Source: Candidatus Thorarchaeota archaeon
GTDB taxonomy: Archaea > Asgardarchaeota > Thorarchaeia > Thorarchaeales > Thorarchaeaceae
Assembly (NCBI GenBank): GCA_048884965.1
Contig: JBHLQH010000018.1
Coordinates: 1-64,000 of the forward strand
Direction of reading: 5' to 3'
Length of the DNA: 64,000 nt
A program made the position numbers and the translations under genes. Positions 49,763 through 60,349 of this stretch are shown here, in pieces. Each line of letters starts with the position of its first letter. Positions within the stretch are counted from its first letter, which is position 1. The notes under the pieces were generated by a model. The model did not search any database, was not told where the DNA came from, and worked only from the letters and a program-made list of their open reading frames with translations.

Positions 49763-51673
49763 ATGAAGAAGTCAAAAATCATATTGGTAATACTTCTTGT
49801 ATCAATGATTCCTTTTGCAATAACATTACCTATGGCTCAACCAGCGGAGGCATGGGGACTACAAACGCATATGTTCATTGTCAATGAAGCAGCAGCTAGC
49901 ATTACTGACGAAGATTGGAAAGAGGCTTTCGAGTTCTATTTACCCGAGCTCATGGCTGGTTCAACCACACCAGACCAAGCATGGCAGGATTGGGATAATC
50001 ACCTCTATTATCCAGACACAGGTGAGCATAACGCACCATCCGCAGCAGCACAGTGGTATGATTATGCAAGAGCGAACTTTACTGCCGAGGAATGGGAGAA
50101 AGGATTCTTCGCAGCAGGAGTTATGAGTCACTATTTCTCAGATCCGTGTATCCCCCTGCATACAGGTCCGGGGCATCCGGGACATGCAGGTTACGAATCG
50201 GATATCAATTCCAATCTGAGCATTATCGAATTGACGGACCCAACTGAGACTCTCATAGCAAACGTGACACAAGAGGTTGTCAGTGCAGCCACACGATCGC
50301 ATGTTTACTATGATTTGATCGTGGCAGCATATCCTGACAATGATACTCGCGCATTGGATCAAACAAATGTGATGAGCGCGACTGAAGAGTGTCTGTCAAG
50401 GGCCGTAAATGGAACCTTGAGTCTCTTCTATACATTGACGAATGGAATTTCTGCTCCAGAGATAGTCATCACCTATGACTTTGTCGCAATGTTTGACTAT
50501 GCTCATGCGAATGATTACTCAGATCAAGATGCATTGAATTCTATAAACCAAACACTTGTCCGAAACCATTTCCAAATGGTGAATCATGCTTCTGCAATTA
50601 CAGCAGCTGCTCTAGCCGATGTCGATCTTCTAGTCATCACTTGTGCATTGAATGCCTATACTGCAGATGAATTGACAGCGATATCGAACTGGGCAGCGAG
50701 CGGGAACAAGTCCTTGATTCTTACAGCAAGAGGTGACTTTAGCACCTCGGAGGATATCGCTAGACCGAACTCGATTCTAGAAGCGATTGGTTCAGACATT
50801 CGTTTCAATGACGACAATGTCTACATGCTAGGGACATATCAACCATGGTACAACGATATCTATGACATTCCCGATCCATCAGATACGATGGGGCTTACGG
50901 CATCTATGTCAAGCATTACATTGTATTCACCAACTAGCTTGTACTTCTTGGATGAAGGTCCTGTACTGCCTCTAGTCTATGGAGACGAATCGGCATACCA
51001 GACAGACCAACAATCACCTGAACCCATAGTGGTCTATGATGATACACAGGATGGAATCAATGGAAACCAAATTCCCTTGATTGCAGTTGAGGAAATTGGG
51101 GAGCTACGGTTACTTGCAGCTGGAACGACATTCTTCAGCGATTTCGATTACGGAAAGACTGCGATTTTCAGTAACATCATTCTTCTTGAGAATTTCCTCG
51201 ATTGGAGCACTGGGAACAGATCAGAAGATACGATCGATGATGTGGATGAAATGGGACCGCAAATCAATGATCTCTCATGGAGTCCAATAGCACCAGATGA
51301 AAATGTGGACGTTACAGTAAGCGCAGAGATAATTGATATCAGCGGCGTTGATACTGCGTGGATGGTCTATGACAATGGCTCAGAAACTGTAGAGGTGGAA
51401 ATGAGCGCATCCGGCGATACATTCAGTGCAGTTATCCCAGGAATCTTGGAAGGCTCTATAGAGATCACAGTCTACGCAAATGATACTCTAGGAAATACCG
51501 CTATACGAGGTGTATACACCATTACTTGGGCAGAAGAAACCACAACACCTACAGCCATTGATGACATAGCACCGCCACCCCCACTAGACATAGACATCAT
51601 GGTGCTTGCCGCTGCAGGAATAGCAGTTGTCATCGTTCTTCTCATGGTCGTTCTGATTCTCAAGAAACGATAG
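49763..51673 (+). CDS. Secreted Zn-dependent phospholipase C/P1-nuclease domain fused to GAT-like and Ig-like domains, C-terminal anchor
   Basis: AEA|WGLQTH mature N-terminus, PD, DNH, HYFSD...PLH, HAGYE; MFDYAHAN second domain; TM helix and KKR tail. Confidence 0.8.
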   Translation: MKKSKIILVILLVSMIPFAITLPMAQPAEAWGLQTHMFIVNEAAASITDEDWKEAFEFYLPELMAGSTTPDQAWQDWDNHLYYPDTGEHNAPSAAAQWYDYARANFTAEEWEKGFFAAGVMSHYFSDPCIPLHTGPGHPGHAGYESDINSNLSIIELTDPTETLIANVTQEVVSAATRSHVYYDLIVAAYPDNDTRALDQTNVMSATEECLSRAVNGTLSLFYTLTNGISAPEIVITYDFVAMFDYAHANDYSDQDALNSINQTLVRNHFQMVNHASAITAAALADVDLLVITCALNAYTADELTAISNWAASGNKSLILTARGDFSTSEDIARPNSILEAIGSDIRFNDDNVYMLGTYQPWYNDIYDIPDPSDTMGLTASMSSITLYSPTSLYFLDEGPVLPLVYGDESAYQTDQQSPEPIVVYDDTQDGINGNQIPLIAVEEIGELRLLAAGTTFFSDFDYGKTAIFSNIILLENFLDWSTGNRSEDTIDDVDEMGPQINDLSWSPIAPDENVDVTVSAEIIDISGVDTAWMVYDNGSETVEVEMSASGDTFSAVIPGILEGSIEITVYANDTLGNTAIRGVYTITWAEETTTPTAIDDIAPPPPLDIDIMVLAAAGIAVVIVLLMVVLILKKR

Positions 51674-51681
51674 AGCTCTTT

Positions 51682-51701
51682 TGGGGAACATCTGTTCCCC
51701 A
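51682..51701 (+). terminator. Hairpin downstream of the phospholipase C gene
   Basis: TGGGGAACA/TGTTCCCCA inverted repeat 8 nt after the stop codon. Confidence 0.55.
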
Positions 51702-51832
51702 TATTTTATCTTCAATACTGGTGTCGAAATATAGACATGCACTTGCTTTTTTCGGTTTTTACACATTGCGCGAATGTTCATATAATGATATTACCAATAA
51801 TTGTAGACGACGGATTGTAAGGGTGCAGAGAG

Positions 51833-52453
51833 ATGTCTAGGATTCTATTCTCAGATGGAAATGAGAGAGTAATAGAACAAGATGTCATTAGAGCTTTTGG
51901 AGCCTCCATTATTGAGTTTGAAGCGATACTGTATCAGAAGTTTCTAATTCTTTCAGCATCTCATTCGCTCATTTCAGAGAAGATGTTCCGGAAACTACTC
52001 AATGATATGCATGCAAAGGGGTACATTAGTCCGACTGAATTCAATAAGATGCGTTGTTGGAAACGACAAGTCGTACTGGAGGATCTTGAATCCCGTGAAA
52101 TCACACCTGACGAGTTCGAACAAGTCTTTCGAGAAAGAGCCATCATCGCAACCTCAGGTGGGTCACATCCTATCACAAAGGGAATCGTTAGTGATTCATC
52201 TACAGTAGCTGATGCAATCAGAAAGGCAATGATCGCCAAACTCTATGAAGGAAAGCCATTAGACATACGTAAAAGTCAAGATATTCAGATGCATGCAAAG
52301 CATATGAGAAAAGCTCTTACCAGTTCATCAGAAGAATTCCTCGAGTACATTAAACAAAATGTACCATCACTACTAGAGGATATGGAACAGATTCTTCGAG
52401 AGAAGGGCGAGAATGTTGTCTTGCTTGGATTGCGAATTGTTAGTACCAGTTGA
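51833..52453 (+). CDS. Hypothetical protein
   Basis: 206-aa ORF, no motif recognised. Confidence 0.6.
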   Translation: MSRILFSDGNERVIEQDVIRAFGASIIEFEAILYQKFLILSASHSLISEKMFRKLLNDMHAKGYISPTEFNKMRCWKRQVVLEDLESREITPDEFEQVFRERAIIATSGGSHPITKGIVSDSSTVADAIRKAMIAKLYEGKPLDIRKSQDIQMHAKHMRKALTSSSEEFLEYIKQNVPSLLEDMEQILREKGENVVLLGLRIVSTS

Positions 52454-52463
52454 GTGTCATGGT

Positions 52464-53543
52464 CTAATATTCTCGCTTGACTAAGAATTCTGATAGCGCG
52501 AGAAGGAACTCCTTATACTTTGGTTTTAACCCAGGACTAGCTTTCTCAAGTGCTGCTTGTCCTTCCAACAGAAGCTCATTCATCATCTTCCTAGTTTCAT
52601 CCAGAGCCCCAGACTCGATGAACACATTTCTGACGGTATTGACTTCATTGTCATTCATGTTATGCTTCCCTAATAGATCGTCCAGCAGTTTCTTCTGTTC
52701 AGTTGTTGCCAACTTGAATGCGTTCAGTACGATCATGGTCTTCTTGCCTTCATGAATGTCACCATCTGCAGACTTTCCAGTGACTGCTTCATCACCGAAT
52801 GAACCTAGAACATCATCCTGAATCTGGAAGGCTTGTCCGACCTTTACCCCATACTCACTAAGAGCCGTTATTTGGGATTCGTTGGCACCAGCGAGTAGAG
52901 CACCCATTACAAGGGATTTGTCAAAGAGAACAGCAGTCTTTAGTGCAATCATCTCCAGGTATATTTCAGGTGTGATATCATCCCGATCAATCATGGTCAT
53001 CTCAAGCATGACACCGTCAGCTAAGGACTGGAAAGCATCTTGATAATGTTTGAGACATGCTGCCGCTAGATTCTGCGGGAGTTCCGAATCATTGATGGCT
53101 TGGGCACCCATGTTAAGAAGGAGGTCTCCGCCAAGAATTGCCATCGTACTACCCAAATCCTCAGATTTCTCTTTATTCTTAGTTCGTTCAAGAAACAGGT
53201 CTCTGTAGGTCACATGGAATGTCTTGCCGCCCCGACGTGTTTCATCATGATCAATCAGGTCGTCATGAAGAAGAGAACCATTATGAAGAATCTCGATTGA
53301 GTTGGCTGCACGATAGAGGTATTTGATATCAATGTCATCCTTGATGGATTTGTATCCGATTGCGACTAATACAGGTCGTAATCTTTTTCCACCACGCATC
53401 AAGTATTCTTTCATGTACCCGTAGAATTGGGTATGCCAATCTCCCAGTCTTGATGCTTGGTTGATTTTATAATCAAAGTAATGAGATAATGCCTTGTTGA
53501 CATTATCAAGTTCTTCATTCCAAATCTCCTCGAAGTTGGACAT
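52464..53543 (-). CDS. idsA: Polyprenyl (geranylgeranyl) diphosphate synthase
   Basis: GGKRLRP, LLHDDLID...RRG, KTA, FQIQDD, DIHEGK. Confidence 0.88.
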   Translation of the reverse strand: MSNFEEIWNEELDNVNKALSHYFDYKINQASRLGDWHTQFYGYMKEYLMRGGKRLRPVLVAIGYKSIKDDIDIKYLYRAANSIEILHNGSLLHDDLIDHDETRRGGKTFHVTYRDLFLERTKNKEKSEDLGSTMAILGGDLLLNMGAQAINDSELPQNLAAACLKHYQDAFQSLADGVMLEMTMIDRDDITPEIYLEMIALKTAVLFDKSLVMGALLAGANESQITALSEYGVKVGQAFQIQDDVLGSFGDEAVTGKSADGDIHEGKKTMIVLNAFKLATTEQKKLLDDLLGKHNMNDNEVNTVRNVFIESGALDETRKMMNELLLEGQAALEKASPGLKPKYKEFLLALSEFLVKREY

Positions 53544-53656
53544 AGTTCTCCACTCTCGGAGTCAAATGAAGTCACACGCCTTTTTAGGGTTTCTAAATCT
53601 GTCGAAGAGAGGTTGGTAAATGGACGAAATCAGAAGTGTACAGTATCCCTTGTGAA

Positions 53657-54565
53657 TTAGACATAGACCTTACCTTTTGCCACAGTCACAGCAGTCCCAC
53701 TGACCTTTACCATCTTGATTTCATTCCTTCCACCAGTGACCTCAACGATGACCTTTCCAGGTCGGTCCATGAAGTGTCCTTGTTCTATGACAATCGTCGA
53801 CACTGTATTCGATGATGAAATAATACCATGATGAATTAGATAGGACCCAAGACCACCTGCTGCAGATCCAGTAACTGGGTCTTCCTCGACACCGAGAGCG
53901 GGAGCAAAGTGTCTTGCGTGAGCATCAGATGTCACATCTTTTGCTTCCTTGGTGAAAACTTCTATCGCTAGATAGTCTGCACCTTGAGCTAGTCTGTTCA
54001 GCATATCCCAATTCGGTTTGACGCGTTTGAGAGCGTCCAGACTTATGACAGGGACCATTAGATTTGGAATTCCAGTACTGACCGTCTGTATTGGATACAA
54101 AGACATGATATCTGCCAAGGTTATCCCTAATGCTTCAGCATACTCCTTCGAATCATACGTATCGAGAAACTGCGGCCTTTCATGAGTGATCTGGATCTCA
54201 GGTATTCCGGTCTGCTCATTCTTCACGATTTCGACCTGAAGAATACCAGACTGTGTTTCGAGAGTGACCATCCTCACATCCTCTACTACCTCAATCATTC
54301 CCTCCTCAACCAAAGCATGGAACGCTGCGACCGTAGCATGTCCTGAAAATGCGAATTCACCCCTTGGACTCATGTAGCGGAAATGAAAATCGGCTTTATA
54401 GGATCCGGACACGAACACAATTTCTCTGACATTGAACTCCTTTGATATCTTGAGTATTTTCTCGTCACTTAAGTTATCTGCACCAAGGACTATTGTTGCA
54501 GGATTTCCACCGAAGGGCACATCTGTGAAGGCATCGACTTGGAGAAATTTTAGCTCAAGATTCAT
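53657..54565 (-). CDS. PhzF-family isomerase
   Basis: VDAFT..PFGGNP, GHAT, STG, EDPVTGSA, EQG. Confidence 0.9.
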   Translation of the reverse strand: MNLELKFLQVDAFTDVPFGGNPATIVLGADNLSDEKILKISKEFNVREIVFVSGSYKADFHFRYMSPRGEFAFSGHATVAAFHALVEEGMIEVVEDVRMVTLETQSGILQVEIVKNEQTGIPEIQITHERPQFLDTYDSKEYAEALGITLADIMSLYPIQTVSTGIPNLMVPVISLDALKRVKPNWDMLNRLAQGADYLAIEVFTKEAKDVTSDAHARHFAPALGVEEDPVTGSAAGGLGSYLIHHGIISSSNTVSTIVIEQGHFMDRPGKVIVEVTGGRNEIKMVKVSGTAVTVAKGKVYV

Positions 54566-54645
54566 GATAATCACCGCTAATGATGACTTCATCTGCATTC
54601 GCTAATTAATAATTGTCTATAGGACGAGGTGTCTTGTAGCGAGGC

Positions 54646-56007
54646 TTATTGACCGACAAGTTCGACTCCTGCAAAACCCATGGTGGGCATAACATACCTT
54701 GAATTGACTTCTAGGTCATTCCCAAACAGTATTTCCTTCTTGAGGGATTCATAGAGATTTCCTGCAAGTAGGGCATACTTGACCTTGGTCGTGAGCTCTC
54801 CATTCTCGATCAAGCAAGCATTTCGTATCTCATTTGAGAATGCTCCAGAAAGGGAATCGACCTGCGGCCACGCAAAATGCTCTACATAAATCCCACGTTT
54901 GATCTCAGATATCATTGAATCCAAATCATACTTGCCTGCAGGAATCTCAATGGTCGTGGGACGACAGGAAACAGATGCTGTAAAGGCGCCATGGGCATCA
55001 CGATACCCGCGTCTAAGGCCATTTCCAGTAGATTCAAGATCGTGTTGTTGAGCATTATAACTATCGAACAGGTAAGAGCGAAGCGTTCCATTCTCAATGG
55101 CAATCGTCTTTGCTGTTGGCGTACCTTCATCATCTACAGCCGCACTTAGCAATCCCTTCTCAGAAAGACCATTGTCAACGACATTCAGAGACTCATGTGC
55201 GACCTTATCACCTACTCTGTCAGTCCAGGGACTTGATCGATTATTGACATTCTCAGCTGAGAGAGCGTCGCCCAAAAGACTTCCCATCATCTCACTACCC
55301 TCACTAGGTGCCAATATGGCTACAATATCATCCCAATTGTCTTTGAAGGGTTCAGACTTGATTACGTCTAGAGCTTGGGTTTGTAGTATCTCGCCTTTGG
55401 CGGTGAAGTCAGTGTCTTTGAGTGACCGTGACCAGATCCGCTGAACGCCTTCGCCAACAGAACCATTATCCTCAGCCTTGGCTGTGAAATACCCGAATAC
55501 CATTGTAGATTCAGATCCAGTGTCAACTCCCAGTGAGTTGATAATCTGGAAATCAATCGAACTCGCTCGCAAGACACCATTTGGAACACTAACTTTTGAA
55601 GAGCTTGCTGCATTTACCAATTCCATACAGAGATCTATCAGAACTGAGCTGTCTGCCTCTGCTGTGTCTTTGTCACTAAATTTGTCACGTTTGCCTGAAA
55701 CCTTCTTCGGGTCAGGTAGAGAGATGAATTTCTGATCAGCGTTGGCTATCTCTGCGAGACTTTTGGCTCGTGATACAACATCACTAGCATCCTCAGACAA
55801 CAATGTTGAGCTAGTAAATCCAATCTTCTTGTCAATTATGAGTTTCAGTCCAACTCCCAACTCTGTTTTAGTGTCAGCTATTTTTGGAATATTATCATCA
55901 ATATAGATACTGGAGGTCTTCACCAAAATCGAATATGCTTCAGCCTGAGTTGCACCGGCCTTTTCGGAGTGCGAAACTAATCTTTGAGCAATGTCTTGAA
56001 TGTTCAT
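54646..56007 (-). CDS. pmbA: TldE/PmbA family protein
   Basis: DDEG, IENG.L, STGNG, IENGE; no HExxH. Confidence 0.85.
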   Translation of the reverse strand: MNIQDIAQRLVSHSEKAGATQAEAYSILVKTSSIYIDDNIPKIADTKTELGVGLKLIIDKKIGFTSSTLLSEDASDVVSRAKSLAEIANADQKFISLPDPKKVSGKRDKFSDKDTAEADSSVLIDLCMELVNAASSSKVSVPNGVLRASSIDFQIINSLGVDTGSESTMVFGYFTAKAEDNGSVGEGVQRIWSRSLKDTDFTAKGEILQTQALDVIKSEPFKDNWDDIVAILAPSEGSEMMGSLLGDALSAENVNNRSSPWTDRVGDKVAHESLNVVDNGLSEKGLLSAAVDDEGTPTAKTIAIENGTLRSYLFDSYNAQQHDLESTGNGLRRGYRDAHGAFTASVSCRPTTIEIPAGKYDLDSMISEIKRGIYVEHFAWPQVDSLSGAFSNEIRNACLIENGELTTKVKYALLAGNLYESLKKEILFGNDLEVNSRYVMPTMGFAGVELVGQ

Positions 56008-56008
56008 T

Positions 56009-57397
56009 TCATGCACCTCCAACAACTAGTTTCATTCTCATATTAGGACCACCAGAACTAACAGGAATATAATCTTCTTCTCCCTTCCCACAGTTGCCAC
56101 CAAAGAAATCAAGCTTGTTACCTACTGCATCTACAGTCTTTAGTATTTCAAGGACCTTGCCTGTTATGGCAAGACTACGCACCAGAGTTGTAAGCTCGCC
56201 ATTCTTGATGATATAGCCCTTCAGACTTGTTGCCTGTACGCCTCCTCCTACGACATCCTCCATTCCTGAAAGTGCCTTCATGATATATATACCATCTTTG
56301 GTATCTTCAATGATTTCTTCCTCTGACCAATCTCCAGTATCAAAGAAAGTATTGCTCATTCTTGCGAATATTCGACGATTATAGTCCTGAGCTCGTCCAT
56401 TTCCAGTGGGCTTGACGCCCATAATCGCAGCAGTCTCAAGTGTGTGGAGATATCCTTTGAAAATCCCATTCTCGATGATGGTCGTTGGTCCGGAAGGAGT
56501 ACCCTCGGAATCGAATGGAAAGCTACCCCTAAGCCCAGATATACTTCCGTCATCAATCATTGAAACGTGCTCTGTTCCAACCTCTTTCCCAACAAGCCCG
56601 GTCAAGAAGGATCTGCCCTTCACAACCTCATCGGCTTCGCTAGCATGTCCACACACCTCATGTGCGATCAAGCCAGCAATGTCTCCATCTACAACAGCGG
56701 TCATCTCTCCAGAAGGAGGCTTCTCAGCAGAGAGTAAAGCAATAGCACCTTCTCCAACTTTTGATGAGAACTCATTCGGATCGATTGAACGTATCAACTC
56801 AAAGCCAGCCATACCACTCTTCACACCATAGTCGAAGTGAGTTTTTGTTTCACTTCGAGCGACAGGATTGACAAAGAGCATTGTCCGAACCTCGTTCCAT
56901 TCCAATCTTGAACCTATGGTATTAACGAGGCGATATATGACCTTCACATCAGAATAGCCGCTGTTCGTATTGACGATTCTTTCGTCTACTTTTTGAGCTA
57001 CATCTAGATCCATGATGATACTGAGTTTCTCATCTTCAGGCACATCAGAGGGATCTTCCTTCACTGATTGCCAGACTTTCTTTTCATATGATTCAAGGCT
57101 CGAAAGGTCGATCTTCCTTCTCGAATGGCGCGCACTATTCTTGGCCATTTTAGTAGCCTGCGAGAGTAGCTCAAACAATGTATCGGTTGTTACTGGGTCA
57201 GTAGTTGATGCTTGTCCCCAGCATTCTCCAACAAGAGCTCTAGCTACAGTTCCAGCTTTACCAGATTTCTGCATGCGTCGTAGGACACCATTGACAACAG
57301 AGATCGAAGATATTGCAATATCTTGGTGACGAATATCTGCAAAAGAAACATCTGAATCCTTTACGCCATCAATGGCTTGAATCATATTATCTAGCAT
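56009..57397 (-). CDS. tldD: TldD metalloprotease
   Basis: HEVCGH, FDSEG, TGNGRA, RMSNT, CGKG. Confidence 0.9.
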   Translation of the reverse strand: MLDNMIQAIDGVKDSDVSFADIRHQDIAISSISVVNGVLRRMQKSGKAGTVARALVGECWGQASTTDPVTTDTLFELLSQATKMAKNSARHSRRKIDLSSLESYEKKVWQSVKEDPSDVPEDEKLSIIMDLDVAQKVDERIVNTNSGYSDVKVIYRLVNTIGSRLEWNEVRTMLFVNPVARSETKTHFDYGVKSGMAGFELIRSIDPNEFSSKVGEGAIALLSAEKPPSGEMTAVVDGDIAGLIAHEVCGHASEADEVVKGRSFLTGLVGKEVGTEHVSMIDDGSISGLRGSFPFDSEGTPSGPTTIIENGIFKGYLHTLETAAIMGVKPTGNGRAQDYNRRIFARMSNTFFDTGDWSEEEIIEDTKDGIYIMKALSGMEDVVGGGVQATSLKGYIIKNGELTTLVRSLAITGKVLEILKTVDAVGNKLDFFGGNCGKGEEDYIPVSSGGPNMRMKLVVGGA

Positions 57398-57480
57398 TAA
57401 GATTCACTATGTTTTGGACCGTTGTGCTCTAGATAAGGGTTATTGAACCCGTAAGATTTCAGATGCTACAAAAGATCATC

Positions 57481-58077
57481 CTACTTATCCTGCAGGTATC
57501 CTCTTCTAACGGATTCATCAATAAGCCATGAAGCGAAATCCCACAATACAGCAGACCCATTCTTGATATGCTCATTTCGTTGTATCACCTGGGAACGTGA
57601 AACACCGTGCTTTCTCCACGATTCACCTTCAGTATTAAAATTCAATAGGAGTGGTTGCAGGCGATCCATTGCGGCAGCAAATTTGGCTTCTGAGGATTGC
57701 ATCTCTTCAAATTCATCCCAAACATCGCGAAAGTCCTGCGCCTGGTCCTCCGGCAGGATGGTGAATATTCTCTCTGCAGCGACAAGCTCTCGTTCCTTCT
57801 TGTCCTTTCCAGCCTTATAATCATAACAGAAAGTATCACCGGCATCGATCTCTATTATGTCATGGATGAGGACCATCTTGATGACCTTTTGAATGTCTAG
57901 ATTGCTTTCAGTAGAATACTCAGAGAGAAGGAGGGTCATTAACGCAATATGCCAAGAATGCTCAGCATCATTCTCATGGCTACGGTCCACAGTGAGCAGG
58001 GTCTGTCGCATTATCCTCTTGAGCTTATCAATCTCGAGAATGAATTCAAGTTGTTTAGTCAGTCGCTCTGATGTCAT
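57481..58077 (-). CDS. HD-domain hydrolase (YfbR/HDDC2-like)
   Basis: ENDAEHSW, IHDIIE, DRLQP; start moved to ATG 58077. Confidence 0.88.
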   Translation of the reverse strand: MTSERLTKQLEFILEIDKLKRIMRQTLLTVDRSHENDAEHSWHIALMTLLLSEYSTESNLDIQKVIKMVLIHDIIEIDAGDTFCYDYKAGKDKKERELVAAERIFTILPEDQAQDFRDVWDEFEEMQSSEAKFAAAMDRLQPLLLNFNTEGESWRKHGVSRSQVIQRNEHIKNGSAVLWDFASWLIDESVRRGYLQDK

Positions 58078-58519
58078 GATACTCAAGAGCCGCGTGAGTA
58101 TCATACATTTCAGTCCTTCGGCATAGGAGAAATTGTATGCGCGGTAGGTGGCGGGTTCGTGGGAAATCGTGGTAGGAGGGGGGAGTTTCGTAATTGAGGG
58201 CATGTAACGAAAAACTAGCCCACGCACCCGCCTTGCATTTTATACCCATGTTTGCAGGTAGGAATGTACCCTGACACCCTACCAGATATTGCCTTCACTA
58301 TAACTTCTCAAGGATGTTATTAACTCTTTCTTTTGGGGATGATTTGTTACTTTACCTCAAATTTCACACTATTCTTAGTTACCAGATGTGAATTAAGAGA
58401 AGAAAATAACTTACAAAGATATTATATTGTGCCGCAGAACGGTATCCTTTCAAGTATCGAAGTTAGATATTGTAACTACGATGTATGTTGGACGTGGGTT
58501 TTTTTACTCGAAATGCCAT

Positions 58520-58559
58520 AAAAAAAAGAGTAGCGAAGGATGGTTGCAAAGAACCATCC
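58520..58559 (-). terminator. Hairpin plus U-tract terminator of tes
   Basis: GGATGGTT/AACCATCC stem (58538-58559) followed on the minus strand by T8. Confidence 0.6.
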
Positions 58560-58568
58560 ATCATTGTA

Positions 58569-60224
58569 TTAATCCTCGGCTACGAAGGGAGTAGTGATGC
58601 TCTCTTCCTCGACTGCAGTGGGCTTGTGTTTGCCTCGCCATGCATCGATTGGTTGAGAGAACTTATCCTCTACACGAGACCTGTGTATCGTATTCATCGT
58701 GCAGAAGGGTATGATCCTTCCGTCAGGTACAGCATAGTTCACATCACAGTGTTGTACTCGCTCAAGGTCGAAGTTGTATGGATCTTGAAAGTGCATCATA
58801 CCAAGCATGATTATCCTTCTCATAAACTTCGCAAGTGAGTCATAGTCACCACGATCTAAGAAAGCACTTAGCAGATCCTTGAGGATACCTTTCTTTTTGA
58901 TGTGACGTGCACCTGCAGCCAATTTTAGTTTGGCACGCTTGGTAGCAGCACGACTTTCATCAGCTATGAGATTCGCAATCTCTTCAAGAAGCTCTAGGAA
59001 AGCATCAACATTGATGAGCTCTGTAATCGGTCTGTAGGTACCATCTTCCTCGATGTAAAGGAATGTTGACATACCACATGCGAAGTGTGAGCTTAGCTCC
59101 AACTCGGGGCCTCCTTTCATAAGACCGAGCGCTCGGCCGACAGGCATCATCGCTGGCACAGGGTACCAGGCATCCCTGGGGATAATACCATTCGTCTGTT
59201 CCTCGATGAGTTTGATAGCGTCAGGTATCGTGATTCTCATCTGTTTTCGTTCAGAGTGATCGATACGACCTGTGATGCTAACTGGCTGGAAGTTGATACA
59301 TCGGATGACATCGTGGTTCTTTACTGCGAACTCAATGATACCACCAAGCTGATCATGGTTGACACCTCTGACAACAGTTGGAACAAGTACGATTGACTCC
59401 ATACCAACCTCACGAGCATTCTGCAAAGCCTGCTTCTTGATGGGCAACAGGTTACTACCCCTTGCTTCAATGTAAGGCTCTGGTGTAATACCATCGAATT
59501 GCATATAGATGGTTGAGAGACCAGCGTCCCTTAGCTCTTGAAGGTACTCCTTACTCTTTCCGATTCTGATTCCGTTGCTAGCAATCTGTACATGTCTGAA
59601 CCCAAGCTCTTTTGCCCAGCGGATGTACTTTGGTAAGTTCTTACTCACAGTAGGCTCACCGCCAGCGAATTGCAAAGCTGGAGCAGGAACGGGCTTATTC
59701 CCTCTGAGATTCTTCATCATATCAAGGACTTCGTCCTCAGTAGGCTCATAGACAGATCCGCCTTCTGCGGCAACTGCGAAGCAAATCGGACATCGCAAGT
59801 TGCATCGGTTTGTCACATCAAGTAAGGCGAGAGCGGTATGGGATTTATGATCGGGGCATTGACCACAATCCTCTGGACAACCCTTTACCGTTTCTGTGCG
59901 GGGATTATCAAGGCCAACAGATTTGTACCACCAGTTCTGAGCCTTTCTGAACATTTCTGCATCGCCCCAGTAGATATCGACATATTCACCATGCTTCTCG
60001 CAGGTCTTCTTGTACATAACCCTGCCATCTTCCTCATATAGAGTGGCATCAATTACATTGACTTTATCTTCACCCATAAGGCACTCAGGACAAATTGATT
60101 GAGTGGTGTAGGGTAGTTCTCGTACGGGATACTTCTCAACATGATACCGTGAGAGTGGACCTCCATCCTCATGCTTGACGGGTACCTCAGGTATCGGCTT
60201 TACTTTATCGGTCGCCATTATCAT
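58569..60224 (-). CDS. tes: Tetraether lipid synthase (GDGT-MAS), radical SAM
   Basis: SICPEC...CEKHG, GCPEDCGQCPDH, CNLRCPICFA, HFACG, FQDPYNFD.ER...C...DGRIIPFC. Confidence 0.88.
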   Translation of the reverse strand: MIMATDKVKPIPEVPVKHEDGGPLSRYHVEKYPVRELPYTTQSICPECLMGEDKVNVIDATLYEEDGRVMYKKTCEKHGEYVDIYWGDAEMFRKAQNWWYKSVGLDNPRTETVKGCPEDCGQCPDHKSHTALALLDVTNRCNLRCPICFAVAAEGGSVYEPTEDEVLDMMKNLRGNKPVPAPALQFAGGEPTVSKNLPKYIRWAKELGFRHVQIASNGIRIGKSKEYLQELRDAGLSTIYMQFDGITPEPYIEARGSNLLPIKKQALQNAREVGMESIVLVPTVVRGVNHDQLGGIIEFAVKNHDVIRCINFQPVSITGRIDHSERKQMRITIPDAIKLIEEQTNGIIPRDAWYPVPAMMPVGRALGLMKGGPELELSSHFACGMSTFLYIEEDGTYRPITELINVDAFLELLEEIANLIADESRAATKRAKLKLAAGARHIKKKGILKDLLSAFLDRGDYDSLAKFMRRIIMLGMMHFQDPYNFDLERVQHCDVNYAVPDGRIIPFCTMNTIHRSRVEDKFSQPIDAWRGKHKPTAVEEESITTPFVAED

Positions 60225-60349
60225 TCACTCCATGACCACATGGAACCACCACTAAGCGGGGTGGTATTCTTCAATGATTCCGAGAAAAGTACAATATAAC
60301 CTTTATCCGATGTTTCAGAGTATGAGAAGGGGGTATGGATAATGTAAGA

